Notes: generated by a model not told the origin, from the sequence alone. A stretch of DNA of 64,000 nt from the human T2T-CHM13v2.0 reference genome, Homo sapiens (GCF_009914755.1 NC_060929.1), one strand, 5' to 3'; shown: positions 1-14,009, counted from the stretch's first letter. Numbers and translations are program-made.

Positions 1-81
1 GTATTATTATTTTTTCAAACTTTATATACTCATAATATAATTTCTTTAAAAATGCATAACATAATATACCAAGAACAAGAA

Positions 82-354
82 TATCCCAGCACTTTGGAAG
101 GCTGAGGTGGGCAGATTACTTGGAGTCAGGCATTCAAGACCAGCCCGGCCAACATGGTGAAACCCCATCTCTACTAAAAATACAAAAATTAGCTGGGCTT
201 GGTGGCAGGTACCTGTAATCCCAGCTACTTGGGAGGCTGAGGCAGAACAATCACTTGAACCCAGGAGGCAGAGGCTGCAGGGATCCAAGATTGTGCTACA
301 GCACTGCAGCCTGGGCAACAGAGCAAGACTCCGTCTAAAAAATAAAAATAAAAA
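82..354 (+). mobile_element. AluS-type SINE, slightly 5'-truncated
   Basis: Alu body from atcccagcactttgg to gagcaagactccgtct plus A-rich tail. TSD aagaacaagaa at 71-81 and 355-365. Confidence 0.95.
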
Positions 355-880
355 AAGAACAAGAACAGTACGATTTGTATTGAATTGGAACTGAAAATTT
401 AGGTTTTAAAAATCACCTTCAAAATTTGGGAAATAATAGTCTTGAAATTTTCTTGAAAGAAAGCATGGAGGCATGAAGTCATCCATGTTAAAAGGAAGGA
501 CAAAAATAGGAAAATGATAAAGAAAGCAGTGAAGGAAAATAAAAACTGGAACATCTGATTTCTCACTTAAGCTTATTCCAAACAGAATAAAGTGAAAACA
601 ATACAATTTCAAAACAGATTTAATATTCTTTCTGTGTGACACCCATGAGCACAGACTAGTCTTTTATATTGTTTGTTTTCATAAAAATACAAAATATTTA
701 GGTGTATACACATATTAGGTATCGAAATTGAGGTTTCAGTTCAATTATAATATTGTCTTTTCCCATATGTTTCTTTTGTAAATATTGAAAACTTGAACTG
801 TTTTGATAATCTTGATGTGAAATGTTTCTGAGAATATACTAAACATTCATTAGAACTATTGTTTTAATATTGAACCAAGT

Positions 881-1025
881 AACCAGACATGGTGGCTTAT
901 GCCTATAATACCAGTACTTTGAGAGGCTGAGACAGGAGGATTAGTTGAGGCCAGGAGGTTCTAGACCAGCAACATAGAAAGACCTTGTCTCAATAAAAAA
1001 AAATAATAAGCCAGGTGTGGTGGTG
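881..1025 (+). mobile_element. Old AluJ/FLAM-like left arm plus start of right arm
   Basis: ccagacatggtggcttatgcctataataccagtactttgagaggctgag...gaccttgtctc, A-linker, agccaggtgtggtggtg. Confidence 0.85.
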
Positions 1026-1026
1026 A

Positions 1027-1101
1027 AATATATATATAAATACATATATGATACATATATAATACATATATATACGTACATGTGCACACAAGCACATGAG
1101 A

Positions 1102-1143
<42 letters not shown>
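1027..1143. repeat. Compound (TA)n/(CA)n microsatellite
   Basis: Directly visible; source of the CVCVCV ORFs. Confidence 0.95.
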
Positions 1144-1145
<2 letters not shown>

Positions 1146-1549
1146 GAGTAACCAAACTCTTGATTTTCTTAAAAGAAGATTTAAGGTCATCAAAATCTTA
1201 AGTTCTCTTCACTTAGCTAGGCATAATATTATTTACAAATAATTTTCAAAAAAAAGAAAAATTCAATTGTAAATTGAATAAGAAACTTTCTTTTGTAACA
1301 AAACACTCCATGCTGATATTTAAAACATTATTTGAGGTTATAGCTTTTTACATATGGCATATGTTATAATTTGAGAATAGTTTTAAAAATATTAATGGTA
1401 GACTGAGAGTTAAACTAACTAGTCCATTCTTTTAATTATATTGCATGTGGACCTTCCATAGAGAATACTTTGTGAATCTGTGAAAGAGAAAATAATGTAT
1501 GTATGTCATAGAATTCTTGGTACAAAAACAGAATAATGGCATGACTTAA

Positions 1550-1921
1550 TATCTTAGTCTGTGTGAGTTGCTGTAACAAGTACCACAAACTGGGTGGCCA
1601 ATTAACAACAAAAATTTGTCTCTCACAGTTTGGGAAGCTGGGAAGCTCAAGATCAAGGCACCAGCAGATTCACTGTCTAGCAATGGTCCATTTCCTAGAC
1701 AGCTGTCTTTTTGCTATAACCTCACATAATGGAAAGGATGAGGAATTTCTCCGTGGTGAAATGGTTATTGTGTTTTATAAAGACAATAATCCTATTTATG
1801 AGGGGTCTGCCTTCATTAACTAGTCACACCTCTTAGCAGCCCACCTCCTAAAACCATCACCTTGGGGATTAGGATTTCAACACATGGATTTGAGGGGGGC
1901 ATAAACATTCAGGGCATTGCA
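1550..1921 (-). mobile_element. MLT1A-type ERVL-MaLR solo LTR
   Basis: tcttagtc...gctgtaacaagtaccacaaactgggtggc...ccatcaccttggggattaggatttcaacacatgg...ataaacattcag matches antisense MLT1A0. Confidence 0.85.
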
Positions 1922-2263
1922 CTTAGGTCAGCCCCTCTCTGAAAGGCTACATTTAAAATTATAGAGAGGGGCAATAAAGTGTTTGACCTACATTCAATTT
2001 TAAATAACAGCATATATAAAGTTATTAGGGTGAGAAAATGCTACCAGAAAGATACAGAACAGTGTGATCAATGATTAGGTAATAAAAACAAGAGCAGTGT
2101 ATGATAAATAATGGATTCAATGGATGATTTTTTAAATGGTGTATACTAAGAAGGAGTTATTACCCCATGTATATTTAAAAAATAGGTTTTGAAAGCAAGT
2201 GAAACAATAGTTAGGAGTCTATAATCATATAAATAAATAATTACATAAAAGAATGATGGCTTA

Positions 2264-3757
2264 TTTTCCTATTTGGGTGCCTTTTATTTCTTTCTCTTGC
2301 CTGATTGGCCTGGTTAGAACTTCCAGTACTGTGTTGAATAAGAGTGGTAAGAGTGGGCATCCTTGTCTTGTTCCAGTTTTCTAGGGGAATACTTCCAGCT
2401 TTTGCCTTTTCAGTGTGATATTGATTGTGGGTTTGTCATTGATGGCTCCTATTATTTTGCAGTATGTTCTTTTGATGCTTAGTTTCTTGAGGATTTTTGT
2501 AATGAAGAGATTTGGGGTTTTAATAAAAGCTTTTCCCAGATCTATTAAGATGGTCATATACTTTTCTTTTTAATTCTGTTTATGTGGAGAAACATATTTA
2601 CTGATCTGCATATGTTGAACCAACCTTGCATCCCAGGAATGAAGTCTGCCTGATTATGGTGAAGTAACTTTTTGATGTGCCATTGGATTCAGTTTGCTAG
2701 TATCTTTTTGAAGATTTTTGTGTCTATGTTCATCAGGGATATTGGCCTGTAGTTTTCTTTTTTTGTTGTGTCTTTGCCAGCTTTTGGTATCAGGGTGCTG
2801 CTGGATTCACAGAATAAGTTAGAGAGTGTTCCTGTCTCCTTGATATTTTGGAATAGTTCCAGTGGAATTGGTACCATCTTTTCCTTGTATGTGTGGTGGA
2901 ATTCAGCTGTGAATCTATTCAGTCTGGGGCTTTTCGGGGTTGTATTTTTTTTATTACCGATTCAACTTTGGAACTTGATATTGGAGTGTTCAATGTTTCA
3001 AATTCTTCCTGACTCAATCTTGGGAGATTATATGTTTCCAGACATTTATCCATTTCTTCTAGATTTTCTTTTGTGTATATACAGGTGTTTGGAATAGTCT
3101 CTGAGGATCTTTTGTATTTCTGTGGGATCAGTTTTAATGTCATCTTTGTTGTTTCTAATTGTGTTTATTTGGACTATGTCTTTTTTTTGTTAATCAAACT
3201 AATGGTCAATTGATCTTGTTTATCCTCTCAAAGAAAAAGCTTTTGGTTTTGTTGATTCTTTGTATGGATTTTGGGGTCTTGATTTTGTTCAGTTCAACTC
3301 TAATTTTAGTTATTCATTTTATTCTGCTAGCTTTGGAGTTAGTTTGTTCTTGTTTTCTAGTTCCTCTAGGTGTGACGTTACATCTTTAATTTGAAATCTT
3401 TCTAACTATTTGATATAGGCATTTGGTGCTATAAACATTCCTCTTAAGATTGTTTTTGCTGCATCCCAGAGATTGTGATCTGTTGCATCTCTGTTTCCAT
3501 TTATTAAAAAAAAATGTTTTTTGTTTCTTCCTTAATTTCATTGTTTACCCAAAAGACATTCAGGAGCAACTTGTTTAATTTCCATTTAATTGTGTGGTTT
3601 TGAGAAATCTTCTTGGTATTGATTTCTATTTTTATTTCATTGTAGTCTCTGAGTATGGTTGATATGATTTCAATTTTTTTTAATTCATTGAGATTTGCTT
3701 TGTGTCTGAGAATGTGGTTGACCTTGTAGTATTTCCTGTGTGCAGATGAGAAGAATG
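2264..3757 (-). mobile_element. Inverted 5' part (ORF2) of an old L1PA (about L1PA15-16)
   Basis: ORF-track peptides such as [27 protein letters not shown] and [18 protein letters not shown] are L1 ORF2p on the minus strand. Confidence 0.92.
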
Positions 3758-5456
3758 TCTCTCTTCATGGATGATATGATTATATACCTAGAAAACCCTA
3801 AGGACTCCGTGAAGATGCTCTCAGAACTGATAAATGACTTCAGTAAAGTCTCAAGATGTAAAATCAATATACAAAAATAAGTAGCATTTCTATATATCAA
3901 TAACGTTGAAGCTGAGAGCCAAATCTAGAATTCAGTCCTACTTACAATAGTCACAAACACACACACACACACACAAACACCTAGGAATACATGTAAACAA
4001 AGAGGTCAAAGATCTCTACAAAAAGAACTACAAAATGTTGCTAAAATAAACCATAAATGACACAAACAAATGCAAAAACATTCCATACTCGTGGATTGGA
4101 AGAACTGATATTTTTAAAATAGTCAAACTGTACAAAGCAATCTACATATTCGGTGCTTTTACTATCAAACTACCAGTGTCATTTTTCACAGAACTAGAAA
4201 AAAAAACATTATTCTAAAATCCTTATGGAACCAAAAATGAGCCTGAATAGCCAAAGCAATCCTAAGCAAAAATAAGAAAGCTGGAAGCATCACCTTACCT
4301 GAATTTAAACACTATTAGAAGGCTACAGTAACCAAAATAGCACGACACTGATACAAAAACAGACGCATTGTCCAATGGATCAGAATAGAGAACCCAGAAA
4401 TAAAGCTGCCCACCTACAGCCATCTAATCTTCAAAAAAGTCAACAAAAATAAGCAATGGGGAAAGGACTTCCTATTCAATGGTGCTGGGATAGCTGGCAA
4501 GCCATATGCAGTGGAATAAAACTGAACACTTAACCTTTCACCATGTAAAAAATTAAGAAGGATTAAAGATTTAAATGTAAGACCTCTAACTATAAGAATC
4601 CTAGATAAAAACCTAGGAAACACTATTCTGGACACTGGCCTTGAGAAATAATTTACGACCAAGTCCTTAAAAGTAATTGCAACAGAAGAAAAAATACTTA
4701 ACCTCACTAATCATCTGAGAAATGCAAGTCGAAACCACCATGAGATACCATCTCACATGAGTCATAATGACTATTATTAAGAAGTTGCAAAATAACAGAT
4801 GCTAGTGAGGCTCTGGAGAAAAAGAAATGCTTATACACTGTTGGTAGGAATGTAAATTACTTCAGTCACTGTGGAAAGCAATTTGGAGAAGTCTCAAAGA
4901 ACTTAAAACAGAACTACCGTTTGACCTAGCAATCCCATTACTGGGTATATATCCAAAAGGAAACAAATCATTCTACCAGTAAGACACTTGCACTGGCATG
5001 TTCATTGCAGCACTATTCATAATAGCAAAGACATGGAATCAACATAGGTGCCCATCAACAGCGGTCTGCATAAAGAAAATGTGGTACATATACACCATGG
5101 AATACTAGTAGCCATAAAAAAGAATGAAATCATGTCCTCTGCTGCAACATGAATGCAGCTGGAGGCCATTATCTCAATCTAATTTACATAGGAAGAGAAA
5201 ACCAAATACCACATGTTCTCACTTGTAAGTGGAAACTAAACACTGAGTACTCATGGACATAAAGATGGCAATAATAGACACTGGATGCTACTAGAGAGGA
5301 TAGGCAGGGAGGAAGTAAGTGTTGAAAAATGAACTGTTGAAGTCTACGCTCAGGGTAGATGGAATAATTTGTACCCTAAACCTCAGCATTATGCTATATG
5401 CCCAGGTAACAAATCGGCATATGTACTCTTGAATCTAAAATAAAAGTTTAAAAAAA
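3758..5456 (+). mobile_element. Sense 3' part of the same L1PA15/16-like element (ORF2 C-terminal region, 3'UTR, polyA)
   Basis: Begins at the RT (F)ADD-motif region (gatgatatgattatatacctagaaaaccc). 3'UTR ggacataaagatggcaataatagacactgg...aatctaaaataaaagttt, then A tail. Confidence 0.92.
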
Positions 5457-5469
5457 GGGAAAAATGAAT

Positions 5470-6200
5470 GAAGAAAGGAATAATAGATAAATATCTTATG
5501 TAAAAAAATCAAATAATTTATAGAGATATTCTGCCCTCAAAGCGGTGGGGTATAACTTTCCATTTCTTAAGTTGTTGCCTGTATTGACTTTCTTCTATAC
5601 AAAAAGTATACTATAAAATGGGGGAGAAAGAGTAAATTGTAATGACAAAATCTGAAAAACACTACCTCATCCAGGAGATCAAGATTAATATGAATAGAGA
5701 TAAGACATATTGAAAATATGTACCCTTGATCTGATGTGATAAGAGTGACGTTTTACCTCTGTGGTCCTCTCCCTAAAATCCATTCCCCAATATAGTCATG
5801 AGAAAAATCCTAGATAATTCCAGTTGAAGGCATTGTACATAATACCTGACCAGCACTGTTCAAAACTGTCAAAGTCATTAAAAAATAAAGCCCAAGAAAT
5901 TGTCACAACCAAGAGGAGTATAAGCAAACATGACTGGTAAATATAATGTAATATCTTATATGGAATCCTGCAACAGGAAAAGAACATTAGGTGAAAGCAA
6001 AACAAAACAACTCTGCATAACGTTTAAACTTTAGTTAACAACAATATATCAGTATTAGTCTATTCATTTTGGCAAGTGTAGGATACTAGAATGAGATGTT
6101 ACTAGTAAAGTAAAATAGGCGAAGGGTACGTGAGAATTCTTTCAACTATCTTTACAGCTTTTTCTGTAAATCAAAAACTATTTTAAGTTAAAATTTTTAT
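5470..6200 (+). mobile_element. L1MC3/L1MD-type 3' end (probable host of the L1PA insertion)
   Basis: aaacactacctcatccaggagatcaag...aatacctgaccagcactgttcaaaactgtcaaag...ttttctgtaaatcaaaaacta matches the L1MC/L1MD 3'UTR. Confidence 0.8.
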
Positions 6201-6229
6201 TTTAACAAATGGAGTGGAGGACACAAGAC

Positions 6230-6368
6230 TTAAATGTCCCTTTTCTGTTCCATAATCTCATGGAGAATACGACATTACATTTAGTGACCATGTAGGCTCC
6301 TTTTGGCTGTGACCATTTCTCAGATTTCCTCCGTTTGGGGGGACATTGATAGTTTTGAGGAGTTCTGA
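6230..6368 (-). mobile_element. Second L1MC/L1MD 3'UTR fragment, inverted relative to 5850-5990
   Basis: Reverse complement ctgagaaatggtcacagccaaaaggagcc...ggaacagaaaagggacattta aligns with 5892-5991. Confidence 0.75.
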
Positions 6369-6976
6369 ACTGGCAGTGGTAATGCATGTGATTCCAGCTA
6401 ACTCCTCCCTTTTTTCAGAAATGTTTTAGTTGCTAGTGAGGGTGGTTAGAGATTGTCTAGAGAACAGAATGTGTAAAACTATCATCTCAGCAAGTTAAAA
6501 AACTAAAGTATGTGTGAGAATGTGTAGAGGGGAAACATTCTTTCTGAGAAACAGAAAAAAGGATCTGTCTTTAGATTGTGAATGTGAATTCATATATTAG
6601 CTTACAACAGTTTATAAGCTTCTGATTCCATTCCTCGGCTGACAATCACAAGGCATAAACCAGACTCATGATTTTTATGCAATATAAATAAAAATGTGAA
6701 TTTTCTGCGAGACTCAGATAGCATATTGAATGTATAATTGGACCCTTCTGTTTTATAACAGATAATGAAGTAACAAAATATAAGGTAGTGGGGGTTGCAT
6801 TTTGGGAATTTTGATGAAGGAAAATTTCAATTAAAAAGTGGTGGAGTGAAAATTAGTCAAAAACAGAATCTAAGGTCTTAGTCAAAACTGAACTAGTCAA
6901 TGACTATGAATGAAATTAAATGAAAAAGGAGTAATCATGAGCTCCAATCAAAAACTATGAAATCAAAGGAACTCTC

Positions 6977-6982
<6 letters not shown>

Positions 6983-7007
<25 letters not shown>
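6983..7007. repeat. (TG)n microsatellite
   Basis: Directly visible. Confidence 0.95.
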
Positions 7008-7137
7008 CTTGAGATAGAAAAGTAAAGAAAATGCATCTAGAATCTATAATTGAAAGGTACATAACACATGTAGCGGAAAGTCTGGGTAGGACTGAGGTGG
7101 GAAGATTGCAGGGAACTTACTTAAAAACCTTCCTGAT

Positions 7138-7566
<429 letters not shown>

Positions 7567-7721
7567 TCAATTCAAGGTCACTGGAATTGAGGAACACAGG
7601 GGTCTATATGAGCGAAGTTGTGGGCTGTAAAATTTTTAAAAATTAGGTTTTGGATTGGCTGCTTATATGGATATCAAAGGTTTCCAAGATTGGGATATAT
7701 AGATGGAATAACAAAGACATG

Positions 7722-8490
7722 TTTTTTATTATACTTTAAGTTCTTGGGTACATGTGCAGAATGTGCAGTTTTGTTACATAGGTATACATGCGCCACGGTG
7801 GTTTGCTGCACCCAGCAAACCGTCACCTACGTTAGGCATTTCTCCTAATGTTATCCCTCCCCTGGCCCCCCACCCCCTGATGGGCCCCAGTGTGTGACGT
7901 ATCCCTCCCTGTGTCCATGTGTTCTCATTGCCAAACTCCCACTTATGAGTGAGAACATGCAGTGTTTGGTTTTTTGTCCCTGCAATAGTTTGCTGCAAAT
8001 CATGGTTTCCAGCTTCATCCGTGTCCCTGCAAAGGACATGAACTCATCTTTTATATGGCTACATAGTATTCCATGGTGCATATGTTCCACATTTTCTTTA
8101 TCCAGTCTATTATTGATGGACATTTGAGTTGGTTCCAAGTCTTCGCTATTGTGAATAGTGCCACAATAAACATACGTGTGCATGTGTCTTTATAGTAGAA
8201 TGATTTATAATCCTTTGGGTATATACTGAGTAATGGGATTACTGGGTCAAATGGTATTTCTAGTTTTAGATCCTTGAGGAATCACCACACTGTCTTCCAC
8301 AATGGTTGAACTAATTTACACTCCCACCAACAGTGTAAAAGCATTCCTATTTCTCCACATCCTCTCCAGCATCTGTTGTTTCCTGACTTTTTAATGATCG
8401 CCATTCTAACTGGAGTGAGATGGTATCTCATTGTGGTTTTGATTTGCATTTCTCTAATGACCAGTGATGATGAACTTTTTTTTTCATATG
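7722..8490 (-). mobile_element. L1PA7-like 3' end, 5'-truncated
   Basis: ttattatactttaagttcttgggtacatgtgcagaatgtgcag 3'UTR signature. Degenerate TSD aacaaagacatgtttttt (7710) / aactaagacatatttttt (8491). Confidence 0.93.
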
Positions 8491-8782
8491 AACTAAGACA
8501 TATTTTTTTGATAGTAGAGGATGGGAATGATGATAGGAAAAGGTTAAAGTGGCATGCTCTGTAGGTACTAATATGGAATAAGAGTTTTTAAAATAAATAA
8601 TCCTAGTTAGAGAAGACTGAAAACTGTAGTATCTTACACCAATACAATTCTAAGATTTGAATATAAATTTTTTAAATATATATGTGTGTTTGTGTGAGTA
8701 CGTTTATATATATATACGTGTGTGTGTGTATATGTGTGTATATATAAAAGGCTACTCAGCCATTATATATATAATTTCAGAT

Positions 8783-8991
8783 AAAGTTGAGTATACCTTA
8801 TGTGAAATTTTTGAGACCAGAAGTATTTCAGATTTCAGATAATTTTTCAGATATTTGAATATTTACCTTACACTGTTAAGCATTCTATATCCAAAAATAC
8901 AAAATCTGAAGTACTCCATGGAGCATTTCCTTTGTGCATCAGTTTGGTTCTCAAAAACTTTCAAATTTTCAAATTTGGGATGCTCAGCCTG
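8783..8991 (+). mobile_element. Tigger4a (MER46A) MITE
   Basis: Ends aagttgagtatacctta and gggatgctcagcctg; internal gagcatttcctttg and ttcagatttcaga repeats. Confidence 0.8.
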
Positions 8992-9344
8992 TTTATTGAT
9001 ATGGATGTAAAGGGATGCAATTTGAAGCTTAAAAATGAAGTCTAAATGACTTCAACAATGCACAATATATATTCATATGCTCATAGTTGATGAAAAGACG
9101 AAACATGACTTAACATAATGTTTGAATATATCACATAGTTTTCGTTTTATGTTTTACAATAGAGTAAAAACTCTCCTCTAATTAGGAGAAAAGTGTATGT
9201 CAATGGCCGTTTTATTAATTAGAAGTATTAGTGCTATCTGGACTTCAAAATATATACTATAAATTTTTTGAATTTAAATAAAATCACTTTATAACCAAAA
9301 TGCAGTTTTTAGTTGCATATTTTTATTTTTTATTATCACATATA

Positions 9345-9580
9345 ATAACAACTAATATTTCATGCTAGGCTTTCTTGTAAATACTTTCCCTACATTATCA
9401 CATTTAATTATCAGCACAAACCTATAAGGTAAACACTATTTGCACCTGCATTTTACACGTGAAAGAAATTTGACATAGGTTTAGTAGATGGCTCAAGTTA
9501 ACAGAGTTAGCATTTGAGGAATCAAGATGCAAATCTAGATGATATAATTTCTGGATTTGTTGCTCAAGCACTAAGCTATA
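9345..9580 (-). mobile_element. MIR SINE
   Basis: cattatcacatttaattatcagcacaaacctataaggta...cattttacacgtgaaagaaa...gctcaagttaacagagttag. Confidence 0.7.
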
Positions 9581-10294
9581 TGTATCATTCATCAGATATG
9601 CATTAACCCATGGCTTGTCAGTTACATTCATTATTTTTAAAGAAAATAAATGTAAGCCATTTAGAGATCAGATTCCACATACATATTTATTCTGGGGATA
9701 TTACATGTTTTATAGTGACAGCTTTCTAATAAATAAATATTATTTTAGCTGATCTTCAGTGATTTATTTTCCACATCTTACACATGAACACATTTTAAAT
9801 GTCTTTAAAGATTAATAAGTTAACAAATATAAAGAAAAATAAAATTGACATGCAGTCTTTATGCAATATTGTTTGTGAAAGACATTAAACAAATTTGACA
9901 AATCTGGCATGTAACAAATGAAACTTCAAAACTTATTTTGGGTAATGGCAGCTACAAAGTAAGTTTGAACTATTGATTTTGTATAAAAAAGGAAAGCCCG
10001 TTATAAAAAGATACTGTTACTCTGCATTTCTATTGTCCTTGTTTTTACTCAAGTTCACTCCTTCATTCATTGATGGCTAACTTCTCTCTCTCTTTCTCTC
10101 ATTCTCTCATTTTTGTATAGTTATCTTGCACTGTATATTATTTCTAATTTCCATTTAACCTTACGCTTCATAAGTAGGAATCTTGGCAATTTTACAAAAC
10201 ACACACACGGAGACATACACACACACAGTGTATGTGTGACAATACATTTTGGTTTCATGACACTAATAACTTCAGGACATTCATCTTATTTGTC

Positions 10295-10398
10295 ATAGGA
10301 TTATGATGAAAAATAAATGAGATAGTGCAAGTAAAATATTTTGTGTATTTTCTACATGTAGTAATCTCCAAAAAAGTAGTTATTATCATTATTATTAG
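10295..10398 (+). mobile_element. MIR 3' fragment
   Basis: ataggattatgatgaaaataaatgagatagtgcaagtaaaa...agttattatcattattatt. Confidence 0.6.
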
Positions 10399-10854
10399 TA
10401 ACAAAGCCATGTTTCAATAAATATAAGGAGATTTGATCTTGTTGCATTTGCTGAATATTTGGTTTTTATATTACTGCTCAGTTGCAACAATTGTAATGAG
10501 AATCAGTTTTGACTATGCCTTTCAATATGCCATTTAGATAAAAATATCAATAAAAGTAATATTAATCAAGTTGCAATTTAAAATATGAAAAATCATTCAA
10601 TGATATAACAGGGCTTGATATAGGGCTTTTTGTTATAAGATTTATCTTTAATATGATCATGTATTTTAAGTATTATTTTATATAATTTTGAATTTTTGTG
10701 AGTACATAGTAGTTTTACTTTGTGTATAGTCAGCCTTCGCATACTGATGATTACTACATTAAATAAAAACAAAACATGCTTCGGATTTTTTTAATGTTCT
10801 GTATGACCTCATACAAAACAGGTAAAATGATATTCCCTAAATTTATATATAAAT

Positions 10855-11012
10855 TTTAACGGGTAGGCTTTCAGTTTTATAAGATGAAAGAGTTGCAAAG
10901 ATGTATGGTGGTGATGGTTGCACAACGTTATGAATTCAGGTAATTCTACTGAACTGTACACTTAAAAGTGGTTAAGATGAAAAATTTTGTTATTTGTTTT
11001 TTAACACAATAC
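10855..11012 (+). mobile_element. L1MB-type 3' end fragment
   Basis: ggtggtgatggttgcacaacgttatgaat...actgaactgtacacttaaaagtggttaagatg. Confidence 0.8.
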
Positions 11013-12580
11013 AAAAAACACCCTGAATTTTAAATTTTAAACAAAGATAGACTACTATAACCAGGTTCTGTCAATCTGTTTTCAGATAGAATTTCTTAGA
11101 GACTCCTTTGCAAACATCTCTAAGGAAAGGAAACATTGTTAGAACACTAGATTAAAAGAGGGTAGGTAGACACAAGTATTTGGGACTCGTTTAGGAAAAA
11201 GTATGAGTAGAGGGCAGTTAATTGAGCTATGTCAAGCCAGAGAAGAAAAATATCCACATGATGCCAACTGTGGACTTTCCATTTCACATCAGAATTTATA
11301 TTTTCTGAAATTGCTTAATGTAATAAAACAAAACTAATTATAAATATGACCCAAAACAATGATTAAGGGTAACTTTCATTTTTATAAATTAAAAGTACAG
11401 TTATTGAATAGTAAATGTTATATGACTAACAATTTATTGAATTATGATTTATATTTATAATTCATGACCCATTTCTTTTTGACATTGTAAAATAACATGA
11501 AGTTAGATAAGCATAACTCTCCTTTGGAACACTTTCAAATACAAGACATAAATATTTGTGATGTGGCTATTCTGATATTTAAGAACTGACTTTGACAAGA
11601 CTGACATATAAAGCATCATCTGTAATTAGTACCTAAGTTCAAAGAATTTCTCATATGGAATTGAAAACCATTGATAATAAAATATTAGGAAATCTATTTT
11701 ATCTACTTAATTAGAATAATTAATTTATCTTTGTATACTAAGCTGTAGTGAATTCAAAGAGGTAAAAACCTGTGGGTTGTGTATTATACAACCCCACATA
11801 TATAATGACATATCTAATTTAATTATTTATTTTACGGAAGAAATTTGCAGGCATACATCAACCCATAATGTAATATTTCAGTACCTACATTTATCTCCAA
11901 ATGGCACTAGACATTTTCTTATGTATAAGTCGGAAAAATGTTTAATTTTTGAAAAGTGTATATGTATCATTAAATACAAATTGCATAAGTCAATTGACCC
12001 TCAGCACAGACAGCATAAAATGACAGAAACAAAAGACTTACAAAAATGATACTGTACTAAAAGATTATGTTCCTTAAATAAATAACATTTTTTTATTTAA
12101 GCCTGGAAAACTTTGAATTTTTGCTAATCTTACAAAAATTTTGTATTGAAATAAAAATGTGCCAAAAGCCAGAAATTGTATTTAGGAATTCCATCAGATC
12201 AGAAATATGAACACCCTTAGGAACTGTTTTAAAAACTCAGCTATACAGTAATCGAAAATAGTATTTTCAATCTTCCCATTTATAATAAATGAGGTGTCCA
12301 AAACATTACATGTGGCTATGTAGATGAGACATTGTGTAAAATTCGTGTTGACGACAATTTCTTGCAACTCATGGTACTAAATTGTCAAAGTCTTCTAAGC
12401 TATTCTAAAACATGAGCCAAAGCTTTAATCCATGAATAGACTGCATGCATAAATCTTTTGTCTTCCTTCCTTTAGGCTGTTAGGGATTTTTATAGTCAAT
12501 TTAAAGGATATTTAGTTCATGGCATTTTTTTTTTTTATTTGCCAAAAAAAAAAAAAAAAAAAAAAAAAAAACCAACAACA

Positions 12581-12878
12581 GGCCGGGCGCGGTGGCTGAG
12601 GCCTGTAATCCCAGCACTTTGGGAGGCCGAGACGGGCGGATCACGAGGTCAGGAGATAGAGACCATCCTGGCTAACACGGTGAAACCCCATCTCTACTAA
12701 AAATACAAAAATTAGCTGGGCGTGTTGGCTGGCGCCTGTAGTCCCAGCTACTCAGGAGGCTGAGGCAGGAGAATGGCCTGAACCCGGGGAGGCGGAGCTT
12801 GCAATGAGCCGAGATCACGCCACTGCACTCCAGCCTGGGCGACAGAGTGAGACTCCCTCTCAAAACAAACAAACAAAC
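12581..12878 (+). mobile_element. AluY, full length
   Basis: ggccgggcgcggtggc start; AluY diagnostics (accatcctggctaacacggtg, ggcggagcttgca). TSD aaaaaaccaacaaca before and after. Confidence 0.97.
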
Positions 12879-13681
12879 AAAAAACCAACAACAACTTCAC
12901 AGGAGATACGGTGATTGAATCTTAATCACATAGGTGGATGCTCTTTCCTCACACTAAATGTCAGTTTAGGTGACTGGTAAGGAAACTTCTCTTCTTATGA
13001 ACTCTCTTGAAAGCAAAAAATTCGTATCTGGTTTATTTCTTACTTTACTTGATATGGGTGAAATTTTATTCTATTATTTTAAGATCAAGGTTGGAATTGC
13101 CAACGCTTGTTAAAATCGTACTTTTAAAATTCAAGCGTATAAGTATTTTGGAAATTTTCAGTGCTCAACGAAATGAATAGACGCCTGTGTGTGCAGAGTC
13201 TCTCCTAGGACAAAGATAATTAGTAATTGGAGTTACTATAGCAAATTTGTACAAAAATGAAAAGTTTTTTTTCAAAGGATGCAAATTTATTATGTAATAT
13301 ATGATTTTCAAAAAGGATAAATTGATAAATTATAGACTGTAGTCTGTAAGTATATGGCATACTATAACATTCACACCTATAAGAGCTAGAAAAAGTAGTT
13401 TTTAAATAAATAAAAGCATTGAATGGCATATTGTATAATTTAGATATTGATTGTAGCTACTTAATATTATGGCATTTGTTTTCCATTTTCTGGAGGAGGT
13501 TTCTGAAACAATAGACTATTTCCTTGTATTAATGTTAAGTTGAGTAAAAGGGCTGAATAATCCATTTGTTGTTACATTATTTCTATATTTGTTTCCATTT
13601 ACTAGTGAATAACTTATTCCTAAATGATAATTGAATATATGTAGTTACATAAGCAGGGTTATTTCAGGAGGTGAATTATCA

Positions 13682-14009
13682 CAGTTGTCCCTTGATATCT
13701 ATGAGGGATTTGTTTCAGAACCCCTAAGGATACCAAAATTTATGGATGCTTAAATACCTTCTATAAAATGGTGTAGGATTTGCATATAACCTAAGCATAT
13801 CCTCCTGTATATATTAAATCTTTTATAGATTACTTATAATACCTAATACAATGTAAACATTTGTTATACTGTATTTTAAGGTATAAAGAACAAATATTCT
13901 GTAAATATTCAGTACAGACACAAAAATCCTTTTTTTAAAAAAATATATTTTCCATCAGCAGTTGGTTGAATCCATGCATGTGGAACCCATTCATAGACAG
14001 GGTCAACTG
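13682..14009 (+). mobile_element. MER2 (TcMar-Tigger non-autonomous DNA transposon)
   Basis: TIRs cagttgtccct / agggtcaactg; internal ttgcatataacctaagcatatcctcctgtata. Confidence 0.85.
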
